In this document: positions 37,681 to 50,700 of the stretch, in pieces
Layout: the number at the start of each line of letters is the position of its first letter
How positions within the stretch are numbered: the first letter of the stretch is position 1
DNA from: Takakia lepidozioides
Lineage: Eukaryota; Plantae; Bryophyta
Length of the DNA stretch: 64,000 bases
Reading direction: 5' to 3'
Assembly (NCBI GenBank): GCA_030704615.1
Contig: CM060733.1
Location: 13,206,001 to 13,270,000, forward strand
Translations under genes and position numbers: made by a program
Notes under the pieces: generated by a model
Databases searched by the model: none
Told to the model about the DNA's origin: nothing
The model's input: only the letters and a program-made list of their open reading frames with translations

Positions 37681-40357
37681 TTGCTATATCATCCCACCTT
37701 CCACAAGCGCATGTAACGTAGAATCCACACACTGACAGATGTACCAGTGAAGGAATTGGAAAGAAACCTTATAAGTCTGTGCTGCAACTGATATTGGCTA
37801 AACAGAGGTCGGGGGTGCTGGTGGAGTTTTCTTAACCTTGGATATTTAACACTAGAACTTCAGCTATGGACAAATTAATGTAACCAGATGTTCATTGCCT
37901 TTCTGGAAGGAGGCTTCAAAACTTAACACCGTCCTAAACCAGAGTTAATCATTCAGGATCGAATATATTACTATTCCTAACCTTTTCGTGGCTGTGGCTG
38001 TGCATGCTTTCCAGTCATACCTCATGGCGGAATTCCACATGCATGTGAGGGACATTTGTCTTGTGGATGTCATTGCCCTCTGGACCCCTTTTGAAGTAGT
38101 CCTTTCCAATCCAATGTAACTGCCTCCCCACCCCCCAGCATTACAGGCCCACCATTGAGACAGGTGAACAAAATAATTAAGTATACAAAAACTGTAGGAC
38201 AAGTCCAGGGGTTAATATTGAGCTAGATTGTATGCAGACTAATGGCTGCAAACAGCCAAAGAAAGACCACACATGGCTTCTAGGGAAGTTTCCTTTACAT
38301 GGGTGACAATGCTAAGCCCTAGTCTGTACAGGAAACAAGCTTGCAGAGAAAGGAAACAACAGACTTGTGTTGCTTTTGGTCCTCCTTGCCCAGCCTTAAA
38401 AGAGTCAAAGGACAATCCCTCCCACTTAAGCCTGAGAAAGAGATGCAATTAGTTCAAGCATTATGACTCAGGAAAGGTCCGTCCAAAAGATGACATGATC
38501 CATGAGAGATGGTTTCTGAAATAGTTGATATGTACTGTTTTGCTCAAAAGAGTCTGAAGTTCCTGAGAAAAAATTATAGTTCTACAACAATTACACATAG
38601 GGCTACTGATGAATACTTACTACCGTCCAGCAAAGAACTAGAAAAATCATGGGTGTTTCCGTACGAAGAAATGGCCCAGGTGCGAGGACTCACCTTAAGG
38701 GCATGGGAAAAGCCTGATTGATAGGCTGAGGTGTGTGCAATTTCACAAATATCACATGCACTCAGTTTCCACACCTGGTTCCACCAATCAGATTGACAAA
38801 GAACAATATAAAGCTGAAACTTGGGAAGTAGACAGTGGGGCCTTCAGAGTCTGACAGTCAGGAAGGCCCACGTTGGCAGCTCTGTGTGTACATACTTAGC
38901 ATATCTTCTTTTAAAGCTACTAAACAATTGAAAATAGCATGGAGAGATTGACAGAATGCTGTGCTGTCACTAGAATGAAGAGAATTGACATGGATTTGCA
39001 TGACCTGAACCATGCATACCAACCATTTCACATGTGAACAAGAATTAGTTTATGGTAATTCTCTATTCCATACATTACAAATTACCTATACAATACCACC
39101 AAAGTTTAGGATGGAATACCTGGGTGGCAATGCTGTCCTTGCAAAGAACATGGGAAAAGGGTTGCGATGGTAGTTTAAAAAGAGCGAGTTGTTGCTAAGA
39201 GGTGACATGGCCAGTCCAATCTGGAGAAATGGCACACTGCTTTAAATGTACAGATGGCAAGACAGGAGAGAGCAACTAAACTACTACAACACCCAGAAAC
39301 AAAATGGAAATGGCTTAAAAATAGGAAGGGAGGAAGGTAAGACCTGTGCAAGGAAGTACAGGTACTGGAGTCCATGAGACTTGCGGAGATTATTTCCATG
39401 GGCTATGCTATGTGCCAACAAAAAGGTGGCGGCCAGATGGTCGAGATCTCCCGCCTACTCATCCAAGTAAGAGTATTAAAGCAGGAACTTGTAGCAGAAA
39501 TAGCAGAATCAAGATCCCCTGTTTTGGCAAGAAGGGAATCAAGACTAATTAGGTGAAAGCAGTATGACAATTGCTAGTTTCAGAAATTGTCTACCTCGCC
39601 CGAATGTGGCCGAAACTTGATGTCATTCCTTTGGACTCGCGCAGCTGCACAGCGATTACAGTACAACTCAGTGGTAATGTTCACTCAGTATTGGCTCTCA
39701 CTGGCAAGTCTATCATTACCCTTCCTTGGTGAATACTCCTCCGAAGAATCTGGTAAGGGATGAGAAAGAATAGAACCCAAACAGACAGGGGAAAGATGAA
39801 GAAGACACACCAATTCAGCACTTCAGGACTTGAGATTAAAAATCAATCCAATGGTCTGTCCCCCTCACCCTCCAGGCCTGGAGCTCCACAGTGGACATTG
39901 CGATTAGAACCATGACCAGAATTTCGTGTCATGGCAGCTACCTCTGCATTCGCCCAGTTGGGGATTAACCAAGACCTCAATCGAAAGGACTTCCTTTGTG
40001 GCTTATGTCTGAAGTCTGGCGATTCTAAACTTCTCAGTGTTAACCAAAAGAGCTTCCAGCTTATCAGCCATACTGAAAGCAGACTACAACCACCAAACTT
40101 ACGAGCAGCTTGGAAATAACTGGGGCCAAACTACTTTCATGCCCTGGTGTGAGGACAGCAAGCTAGTGATACCACCAGCCACAACCACCGTTGCCTGTTT
40201 GATAAAAAGGAGAAAATTTGTCATTCTTCAAGCAACCGACACACAACATCGTTTGCGCCTGCAGCAGATGGTAATACTCTGCAGGGGTGTGTTTTCTTAA
40301 CCCGCCAAATTAAAGGGCCACCCTCTTTAGTGGTCTGTCCCCTTTTGACTTGAATGG

Positions 40358-40897
40358 ATGAATGGAGCGGATGATTATTCAAACTATAAAATGGACCTAG
40401 GGGACCATCCTCTCGTTAATTTCTCACAAGTTTTCCTGCAAATGGCATCTCTCGCATCTCACAAGGCTGCGTTGGAAGCTAGGGTGCGCGGAAAATATGT
40501 GGTGAACACTTCTCACGAAGTTGCAATGGAAGCAAAGATGCATTTGGACTATCTCTTTAAGACGGGTCGACATTTCCCGGGATCTCACAAGGCCTCCGGG
40601 GGATGGATCGGATCTGTCAAGACAAAGTCAAAGAAGTCCAGAGCTAAGCGCTTCTTCAAGGCTCTCTTGCCGGGTTCCACTTCTTCGGGAGCTCACAAGG
40701 TCTCCGGGGAACGGGGCGAAGGCCAGGGAAAGTCAAAGAAGAGCGCCGCTAAACTGTCCCTAAAGTCTCTTTTGGCGGGTACCACTTCCTCCGGATCTCA
40801 CAAGGCCTCGGTGGAACTTGGGGAAGCCAAGAGAAGTTCTAATAAGGGGCAGGTGGGGCACATGAAGACGCCACCTCCTGCTCCAGTGACCCCGTAA
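40358..40897 (+). CDS. Orphan basic protein with internal S/A-H-K repeats (179 aa, single exon)
   Basis: Open ATG-TAA ORF with a ~36-aa internal repeat (GSHKASG..G..K.KSKKS.AK...K.LL.G.TSS). Two broken paralogs lie in the window. No recognised domain, and expression is unknown. Confidence 0.45.
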   Translation: MNGADDYSNYKMDLGDHPLVNFSQVFLQMASLASHKAALEARVRGKYVVNTSHEVAMEAKMHLDYLFKTGRHFPGSHKASGGWIGSVKTKSKKSRAKRFFKALLPGSTSSGAHKVSGERGEGQGKSKKSAAKLSLKSLLAGTTSSGSHKASVELGEAKRSSNKGQVGHMKTPPPAPVTP

Positions 40898-41215
40898 GGG
40901 CCTTCACAAAAAAAAAAAACAAAACAATAAGGGTCCAATTTGGACCCACCCACGCCAAATTTTTCATTTTTTCAACAACATTCTAAGTACCCTGTTACCA
41001 GCTCTCTCTCTCTCTCTCCCTCTCTCCGGTTCACCCTCCAATCCCTCACTGTGGATATGCAATTTGTACCACCTAGGCTCAATGGAATCCTTTCTCTTTT
41101 TCTCTCTCCCTCTGGTCCCTCAATGGCTGCAAGGCTACGGCAAACCACGTCTTATGAGTACATTCTCTCCCTCTGGTTGTAGTGCAATCCCTCAGCCGTG
41201 TATCTGCATTCGCAG

Positions 41216-43085
41216 TTTGCAGACGATGAGCAGCTACATAAGGAGTGGGAGGCAGCAAAGATGGCTGACAAAATTCGTCTAGCCGAGTACCTTTTGGCCG
41301 TAACTCGTGTCAAAGTGGATCCAAGTGCACTTTTTGACACACAAATCAAGCGTATCCACGAGTATTGGGTGTCATCTACCGTTACAAGAAGATTAAGGTA
41401 TCTATGTCAAATTATTTCTTAACCTGGATTTCCGTACATTGAAATGAGTTTTGCTGCACACTTTTTTGTAATTGCTCCTTTGGATGAAGATTCTCCTTTG
41501 GTGTAGAGCATAGAGAGCCTGACATGTGGGATTATATTATGGTATTCATGGGCACACAGCAATGACGAGTCGTACAGGGATTAGCGTAGTTGGAAATCAT
41601 GCCTTCAGCGATAGCATGTCTTTTTACCTTCCAGAGAGATGGTGGTCCAGTTTGACAATGAGGGCAATGTTGCATAAGGAGAATTGTTTGTCTGTGGCCA
41701 TGATGGCAGCTATACCTGATGGTTGGAATTGCCTGACTCCATTCCTTTCCAAATGAGATCACAAGTGATTGAGTATTCATCTTTTTATTCGAATGGTCTA
41801 TGTCGGGGTTGGTGTTTGCATAAGCAGAGAGTTGAGGAGGTAGTTTTACATGTATGCGTGGATATGTACAGGAGATGAACCCAGAAGAGAGGCAGAAGGT
41901 AGTCCCCCGTGTTTCGATGTTTGGAGGCAAGGCATTTGCCACATATGCCCAAGCAAAACGGATTGTCAAGCTCGTGACTGACGTTGGTGCGGTTGTCAAC
42001 AACGATCCAGATATTGGTGATCTACTCAAGGTTTGGATCTGAATCCACATCACAAGTCTGTCTGAATAGATTGCCTTTGGACTGTCAATTCCCCTGGCAT
42101 CATAGTCAGCTTGCTCTTGGAACTTTTGGCAACAACGCGAATGCGATCTTGGAAGCGTTAGATTCTGAAATCCAATGGTGTACACCTTAGACATGGGAAT
42201 CTGAAATCGTCCTGCTGCATATCCACCGAGTACCCACATCAATGCGTCAACCATGTGTCTGAGCAGGTTTACTTATGATGTGAAAACTCTGGCTCTCTTT
42301 ATACCTACCCACCCTGCCTTTCCCTTCCCTGTCGCTGCTGTAGGCGTTCACAGAGTACATCCCCTGCTGGCAAAATTAGTGTGGCAACTAACACTGTTTC
42401 TGTGTTTGAGACCAGGTCGGTCGTCTATGTGCCCAACTATAATGTCACAGCAGCGGAGCTTATGATTCCAGCCAGTGAGTTGTCACAGCATATCAGTACA
42501 GCTGGCATGGAGGCCAGTGGCACAAGCAACATGAAGTTTGCACTCAACGGTTGCCTTATAATTGGCACTCTCGATGGTGCTAATGTTGAGAGTCGGGAGG
42601 AGATTGGCCCTGAAAATTTCTTCCTGTTTGCTGTCAAAGCAGACGATGTGCCACGGTTGCGGAAGGAGAGAGAGGCAGGACATGTGAGACCAAAATCTTT
42701 TTCTCTTTCAGTCATGGACAGAAATTGGTGGGTCCATAACCTCTCCCACCTTCTTACCCCTTCTTAGAGCCATTGATTGGGCAGTCCCTGGGTACAAACA
42801 TGGTGTAGGGATTTTCCATCTTTTGTGTTGTTGTTGTTTATGACCTGCGTGAGGATACAAAGCTCACTTTGTGGTTTTGTTGTCCATATTCCAGTTTACC
42901 CCAGACCCACGCTTCCAGCAAACTAAGGAGTTGATCCGGGACAAGGTGTTTGGGGACTTTGATTACACTCCCCTGTTGGACTCACTGGAAGGTAACAGTG
43001 GGTATGGCCGTGGCGATTATTTTCTGGTGGGGGTGGACTTCGCTGGTTACATAGAAGCCCAAGTGGAGGTTGACGAAGCTTACAT
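41216..43085 (+). pseudogene. Inverted partial duplicate of PHS2 (exons 11-14 with introns)
   Basis: Near-identical to the reverse complement of 9204-11094. A 22-nt deletion removes KRQLLNI in exon 11 and a 4-nt GTCG duplication sits at the start of exon 13. Exons 1-10 and 15 are absent. Confidence 0.93.
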
Positions 43086-43540
43086 GTAAGTCAAAAATTC
43101 CTTTGCTTTTGGTTTTGTTTCCTCTCTCTTGTTTTTTCCATTTTGTCCCATAAAGCTCTTTGAGCTTTCTGCGGACGTTATAAAGTACCGTTTCATTTAT
43201 TTGACAGCTGACATGCGAAACATAGGAAACACACAATCTCTATATTCAGAGTGAAGTGGGGTCTGAAGAGGCATTTTATCTACGTTAGCAGTCCCAATTG
43301 GGACCACATACACAGATTTTACATTTGGAAAACAAAGAACCTCATGATGCAGAAGAATTTGAGATTCTTCGAAGATATAGGATCAGGACAAATCTGCAGA
43401 CGTCAAGTTATGGAAACATAGAAGCCATCCAATATGTAGGCAGAGGAAATGTTGAGGGCAGAGAAGTGTGATTAACCAGTCACCCTATTATGGAAAGGAG
43501 TTTTGGCTCTCTCACTCCCTCTCTCTCTCTATCCTCTCTT

Positions 43541-46277
43541 CAAGGCTGAGTACGTCCAGGCCTTGCAAGAGGCTCTCCCTCATTTTGTCCAATCGCTCCA
43601 AGAACTTCAGTCTCGCTCTGATAACGCAAGAAATGAAGTCGAAAGAGCAGTGGACTCTTGGGAGAGTTTCGTTTCCTCCGTGGCTGACAAGATCATTGGG
43701 AGGAAACTAATTGTCTGCGGTAGAGCTGTTAATTGGTGGACCAATGAGATAGCTGAGAGACGAGCCCTCTAGAAAGAGTGCTGCAATTTGAAAACCAACA
43801 GAGAATTGTGGGCGAGGTACTACCAGCTCCGTAAAGATGTCAATCAGCTTGTTAGGTCTCAGAAGAAATTATACTGGGACAAGTTATACAGTGAAATAAA
43901 CTCAAACCACCATGGTGGTAATGACAAGAAATTCTGGTTGGCCCTTCAACGTTTGTACAAGCCGAAAAACGGTCAGCAAGTACAAGCGCTGAAGACTACT
44001 AAAGGTGCAGTGGTGACTTCATCGGTTGACATTGTCAAAACCTTTGAAACTCACTACAGTATCCTTGGCAGAACTTCTAGGTCTAACAGTGAGGGGTCTT
44101 CTGCTGAATGGAGGGACACAGTTGGAAAAACTGTTCCTATGATTCAAAACAGCCCTGATGAACTGGAGTATATTTCAATGGCTTATAACGCTCCCATTAG
44201 TTCTTCTGAGATTGTGGAAGCAATTGAACATTTAAATGGATATAAAGCTGGTGGACCTGATGGTATTGTCAACGAGCTTATCAAGCACGGTGGCGATCCC
44301 ATGATAGAGGCCCTAGTTTCTCCTCTTTAACCTTATCTGGAAGACTGAAATGATCCCCTTTCGCTGGCGACAGGGGGTTATTGTCAATCTATACAAGAAG
44401 GGTGACAGAGAAGAACCGGGGAACTACCGTGGCATCACACTCCTCAATGCTGTTGGCAAGACATTCTGCAGAGTTATAAGTACTCGTCTCGAGGTTGATC
44501 TGGAGTCTAGAGGTTGTTTCCACGAAGGCCGAGCTGGCTTTCGGCGAAACAGGGGCTGTGTGGATCATATCTTCACTCTAAGCCAGATTATCCAGGGAAG
44601 GAAAAAAGAAGGGAAACCCACTTATGTTTTTTCCTGGATGTCAAAAAGGCTTATGACACAGTGTGGAGAGATGGCCTATGGTTCCGCCTCTGGTCTTGTG
44701 GGATCAAGGGAAAGATGTGGAGAGTTGTCCACAACTTGTATGCTCACACCAAAAGCTGTGTCACTGTTAACAGACAGAAGTCCAACTTCTTTGACATAGA
44801 CCAAGGTGTAGCTCAAGGATGTACTCTCTCCCTCTGCTCATTAATGTTTTCATCAATCAACTCCTCGAGGATGTGGAAAGTGAGGGATTTGGGTTAAGGG
44901 GGGGGATACCACCATACCAGCCCTTATGTTTGCGGATGACTTCGCAGGCATAGGGGAGACTCCAACCAATCTCCAGGAGTTGATTGATTGCGCGAAGAGA
45001 TACTTTGATCTTTGGGGGCTAGAGGCTAATGTCAGCAAATGTGCAGTGGTAGCATTCAACGACAGAGGAGAGGGAGGAAGTGATCTTAAGTGGCAGTGGG
45101 GTAGCCAAGAGATCCCGGTCCTCCCGTCCTACACTTACCTGGGCGTTGAGTTTTCCTCCAATTGTAATTGGGATGCACATATCCGGAAAGTTGTTCAAAC
45201 TGGCAAGGGCAAAGCTCTGGGGCTCACTAAATTTTTCCACTGCAGAGGGGTCAACTCTGAGGTTAAGAAAACCATGCTTTGTCGCATTATTAGACCTGCC
45301 TTGGAGTACGGATCTGCTATATGGTGATAACTCCAACCAGGCTAAGTCTCTAGAATCCATTCAAGTGGGGGTGCTTAAGGAGTGTATGTCAGCATGCTCC
45401 AAAACAGCCAATGTGGCTGTTCGGGGTGAGTTTGGCATTCCGTCCTTAAGCTCCCGACGAGATGAATTCAAGGTCTGATGGTGGGGTCAGCTGCAACATA
45501 TGCCAACACCAGATATCCTAAGTTAATCGACTCTATATCTTGGAAACAGGACCGCCCTGTCAAACAGGCCAAGTCCTGGCAGAAGAGAGTAGAAGAGATT
45601 CTCAAGGACCTGGACCTGGATCCGCAAGTCTTGACCCTGCTGGATAAATCTGACTTAGAGGCTGTAGTGTCCAAAGCCATGTCTGTTGCCATGAGATTGT
45701 CTGATGAAAATGAAGTTAGGCAGAAAACTTCCCTGAACTTGTTTCCAGTCAGTGACATGGGGGAGGACATTTTGGATGACCTCAAGGGTCTACCCACTCT
45801 CGGCACTAGACTGAAATTTAAACTCAGGCAGGAAGCCTACCTTTGAACAGCAGCAAACAGAAGCAGAGAGGAAAGGGAGAGTGCAATGCCCGTTGTGTGG
45901 GCAATCTGAAGACAGTATTTCATTTTCTGATACACTGTCTGGGGGTTCTCTCACAAAGAGACGCTCTCTTCAAATCTATCAAGGGAATGTGCCTGTACCC
46001 CTGTTTACCAACTTTGAAAAGTCTCGAGGCTGAGCCAAAAGCCCAGGCCCTCCTGAGGCCTAGTTTTTGGGCAAATCACCCACACAGCAGATTGATGCTT
46101 GTGTGAAGGGATTCTAGAGGATATCTGGAAAACCCGGATTATTCTATATATGGAGGTAAGTCTTACTACCAACGTCAGCCCTGACAGAGGTAGGTTCTGT
46201 CCCTTTTGTTTCCCGCTCAACTGGGCGCGGGGGTCAATGGCCACAAGGCTACGGCAAACAACGTCTTATGAGTACAA
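43541..46277 (+). mobile_element. 5'-truncated non-LTR retrotransposon (LINE family A, RTE-X-like) ORF2: RT plus C-terminal Cys/His finger
   Basis: KAGGPDGI, YRGITLLNAVGK, GFRRNRGCVDHIF, FLDVKKAYDTVWR, GVAQGCTLS, LMFADD, YTYLGVEF, IIRPALEYG and a C-terminal CxxC..ED..HFLIHC. The ORF stop TGA is followed directly by GTACAA and TC-rich DNA. TSD-like TCT(A/C)TCCTCT(C/T)TT(C/T) on both sides. Confidence 0.93.
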
Positions 46278-46529
46278 TCTCTCCTCTTTTCTAGAGGATA
46301 CCTGGAAAACTCAGATCAATTGTCTGTTTCAATGTAAGTCATACTACCGGTGGCAGCCCATCCTTTGCTCGTCAAGGGCAGGAGCTGATTTAGCCCTCTA
46401 TACAGGATCACTTGAATCAGGTTTTTTGGTGATTGGGATAGGTTAATTCATAGAAAGAGAGAAAGAAAATCCCCCAAAAGAATCGGACATGTATTTTTCC
46501 TTTTCATCTGACTCAAGCAATCACTAAAC

Positions 46530-47190
46530 ATCTCTCTATCATCTTCGCACTTTTCGACAGGTGCGGCAAACTCTCTCGTGTTCCGAGCTACTACTGGTTT
46601 CGATATGCAGTGAAGTTTTTCCTCTCTTTGGTGGATGTTTTAAGCTTCTCTCTCTTTCTTTCTCACTCTTGCTTCTGAGTCACCTCTTTATCACTTGGCC
46701 CCAGGTCATTGCAACAAGTATGTCAAAGCATGGTGTCACAATCCTAACCACCAACTACGTCTACTCTCTTTCCTGGCCCCCTCATTTTCACTTCTTCAAT
46801 GCATATCGCAGCTGCTCACACATGAAAGGTGGCCATATTTCAGTGATGAATGTCACCACCTTCAATTGTGTGCACCTCTATACTGATGCTTATGTCTCGG
46901 GTTCATCTTTTTTTTTTTTGAATCATGCTGGAACGTGGTGTGCAATGAGCCTATGAGAGAAAGATGTACTCATAAGACTTTGTTTTCTGTGGCCTATGAG
47001 GGAGAGAGAAACTGAGAGAGGGAGAGAGAGAGAGATGGGGGTTTGAGAGATGAATGAATGTGGGTGTAGCCATATGACTCAATGAAGAGAAGAGGAGGGG
47101 CAGCACTGGCTGAGAAGCATCTACGTGGGGCTGATGGCTCGCACCACCAGAGCTGCTGTCAGGGCCTTTTTCCGTGATTCAAGGTTTGAA
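46530..47190 (+). pseudogene. Second fragment of the SAP/CCCH62-like gene (inverted duplicate of 4100-4520 plus the next exon)
   Basis: 46530-46957 is the reverse complement of 4100-4520. The stretch ~47070-47170 reads NEEKRR..ALAEKHLRGA..ARTTRA across frameshifts. Confidence 0.65.
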
Positions 47191-47709
47191 GGTATGTGCA
47201 AATCTCTCTTCTCCCTTGTTTGTGGACGGAGAAACCGTCCCACTGAACATGCCAAAAAATGCTGACAGAGCACCTGTCATGCACCTACTGCTGCATATGG
47301 GGCAACGCAACAGCTTCTGACAAGCCACACTTCATCCTTGGCTGCATAGCAATACATTGCAGCCACCTCTGCTGGTTGTTCAAGTTTTAGTAACCAGGCA
47401 TCCCTGATGCTAGGCAATGAGTAATCTTTTGATCATCAACCGCGTGCCCTGACATAAGGTTTGTGTTACAAATATATCTATGTGAGACCTAGTAGACTCT
47501 GAACTCACATTTGCGAGGTAACCAAAGATTAAACAATAGCCACATCCAAGGTAAATGCAGTCTCATCACTCAGAGAGTCAATCCAAGTGAGCAAGATCAG
47601 CTCCTGCCCAGCAGTTATGAAGTTGCAAATAATACAGTTGCTGACCACAAGCACCTTACTGTGTCTGTACATCCCAGGTTTGAATGAAAGATGGGTCCAC
47701 GTGTATGCC

Positions 47710-50700
47710 TCAAGTTGCATGACTCTCGATGATGCGAGGAGGCAAATGAGACTCAAGTAGATCTGGGGAGTAATTTAAATACTTGGATAGAGCAAGAAGC
47801 CATGCTACCGCATTGGTGACCTCAGGTGATTTTTTGTGTACTTCCCCAGAATTGGAAAGAATTGTTCCATTCTCAGCATGTGTTCGCACATACTGTCCCA
47901 AGTACCGCACATAGGCAGCCAGGTGTGATGGATGGAGCTGCTGAAACAATGTTCCAAACCCAATGATCAGAGGACAACAGTCAAGGGCAGTTTTCTTCAT
48001 TCGACTTGTTAGTGTTCCAAGGTGGTTATCCAACACATATCTTGGTAGCTGAGAGATGGTGATGAGGGAAAGGAGGAGACCATAAGGCTCAGATTGTCTG
48101 GTGGTCACATACAGCGAGTGAATTTGCGAATAAAGACCACACATGTGCAACTGTTTCCGCAGCTCCCCAAGCAGACGACCCTTGATTTCCCACTGTGTGC
48201 TTGTCTCTTCAGTTTCCACATTTACATTTTCTCCACTCCTGGCTGAATTCGTGTTGTCTGCGAGGATTGCCATATTCATGGCATCTAGTGCAAATGAAAC
48301 CAAGCTTGATTCTACCTTAGAGGCGGCCCGTGAATGAGATGCTATCAGGCATCTAAGCAGCTGCATCTGTCCTATGCGGGATAAGCCTTCCACCCAAGAA
48401 CCCCACGCTGTGTTACCTGTTCCCACCCTCCCACACCACTCCACATAGACAGCAGGGCCTGGGTCAGGAATGGCAGAGGCTGGAGTCAGAGTACACTCCA
48501 GAGCCTCCAATGAGTCTTTCAACCGTGTGTCTAGTTGTAATGAAAGAAATAATATAGACTGCCGGAGGTTGCTCGTCATCCGGCAGCTCAACAACCTGTC
48601 TATTCCTGACAATCCTGCTGCACCTAAAGTAGTTTGCAGCATGGTCAGTGTGCGTAGTCCCACCAGCTCCTGCCCCTGTGCATCAAACCAACCACTCATA
48701 GGTGCTAGGTACATGGATTGTGATGGATCAGTCAAATGCAGGAGATTGTGCACCAGGCGCCCCATAAAGTTTATTGACAAGGAGAGGTCTTTATTCGGGG
48801 TGGGAAACCGAGGGATGGGAATGGTGGCGTCCTGATACACACTTTGCCAGTCTTGCACTTTCCGTTTCAAGTAAGTGTTGCATTCTTGCTCAGCATTGTA
48901 GTATATGATACGAGTGAATTCTTCTTGCCAAAGGCGCAGGCCATGCACATGGACATAATCCTGAAAATATTCCATCGAGCGACGCCGTGATTCAAGCAAG
49001 TGCAGAAGCTCCTGAAGCCTCTCCTCAAGTTCCTTGGCTCCACATGAGGGAAATACAAGACTAGAGTGCAAGGTGGACGCTTTCTGCTTCACCAACTGCT
49101 TTCGAATCCCATTTTCCAAAAGCTCCCGTGGATCCAGTTCAATTGCCCCGAGGAAGGTTCTCTTCATGGCCATAATGCCCTGAGTGAACACCGCCACCCG
49201 ATGTGTAGCCTTTGCAAGAATGTAGCGTTCCTCCAAATGGGCAAAGTCCCGTAGGTTCTCCTTCTCAAGGCGTACAGGCAAGTCATGCAATCGCTGAGTT
49301 TTTGGCTGCTTATAATTTCATTGAGTATGCTGAAATTGCTCAAAGGGATATTTTCCAAACAGTACGCACATAGGCCACCAGCTCAGATGAATAATAATCT
49401 GAAACAGAAAATATATCCGCACTGCCACATTGAGAGATTCGAAGAAATGGGATGTCCAGGATGGAGCGTAGCTTGAGAAACAAGCAGGAAAGCTTCAGCA
49501 CTGTGAAGGGCTCTGCATGGATACGAGCATGGATTTGCTCAGTGAACCCTGCTATAGAACCCCACATGTATGCTGCATCACTCACCACAGACATTGTGGC
49601 AAGCATGATCTCTTGCACATTGAGTGTGCGAACCATTTGCTGAAGCTGGGATCGGGTTTCAGCCAGATACTGCTTGGTCTGAAGGCTACTTTCTATTTGA
49701 TGGAACTGCTCAACTTCCTGTAAGGCAGATATCATCTGCTGGATCTTGCGACCAGCTCTGAGAGCTTCCTTACAATCCAATGACCTAACTTGATGCAACA
49801 TCTGTGTAAACCAGCTCTGCAAATTCTCATCTTCACCTTGTCTGACAAACTTTGGAACCAGAGAAAAAATCAGAGAGCTCTTGCATACAATCAGCAGCAT
49901 GCATCTTGCACTGAAGCCAACGTGCTTCTTTGCCCTCCAGGAGATCCCCATAGACCTGCTTAAGCTCAAACTCAAGAGTAGCTGTGTCCAACATGAGTGA
50001 AAGAAGGGCATCGTTGCTAGCCCCGCCATTAGCTCCTGCTCCCACTACCACATCCCGCAACTTCCTGCTTGATGTACCTTGATGCAGTAGTAACCAACGA
50101 AGAGTGACATTACAGTTCCCCTCAGCAGGGAGAGCAGGCTGGGCATGTTGCTCAACACATACTCCTGTGTTACCACACCTTCAGTCAGAAAACTGCCCAG
50201 TTCCGACAAGAGCTGTGGTACTTTGGGCGAATGCCTAGGGGCTACCTCGCGTACAGGCACCGTAGCAAGCGTGGGAGCAAGGGCTCCCTTGGCAGCTTTG
50301 AATTGATCCCAGGAATATGACAAATCAACAGTAAAGGATTCAAAATGTGAGATATCTGTAGAACCCCTACATCGACAGTGAGCAACCAGTAGTTGCTCTC
50401 GCTGAGTGCCAGGTAGCCTATGCTCCAGAAGCAGCAATAATACGCCATGAAGGACCATGGCTTCCACGAGTAGCTGTCGCCCATCTTCGTTCTCCAGCAC
50501 ACTCTCCACTGTGCTCTGAATGTACACCCCCTCCTGCAAATTCTCCAGGTACTGAGTCAGGTCAGTGTAGTACTTCACTATGCCATCAAACAATAGGAAG
50601 AACCTTTCCAACACAGCAGCATAATTATCTCTGAATTCATCATCCAGTGCCAAGAGCTCAGGATTAGCTTCGATCTGGTCCTCATAAAGCTCTGGCGACT

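Noticed and set aside
35900-39900. Additional exon-like stretches (36050-36360, 38500-39560)
   Set aside because: They look like decayed coding DNA, but I could not assign a family or a consistent splice structure.
41532-42254. 240-aa minus ORF and its 172-aa counterpart at 10233-10751
   Set aside because: Antisense shadows of PHS2 exon 12 and introns. They are conserved only because of the recent duplication.
45800-46260. Dense frameshifts in the LINE 3' region as real decay
   Set aside because: Differences from the 63-kb copy are mostly single-base indels in homopolymers, more consistent with long-read consensus error.
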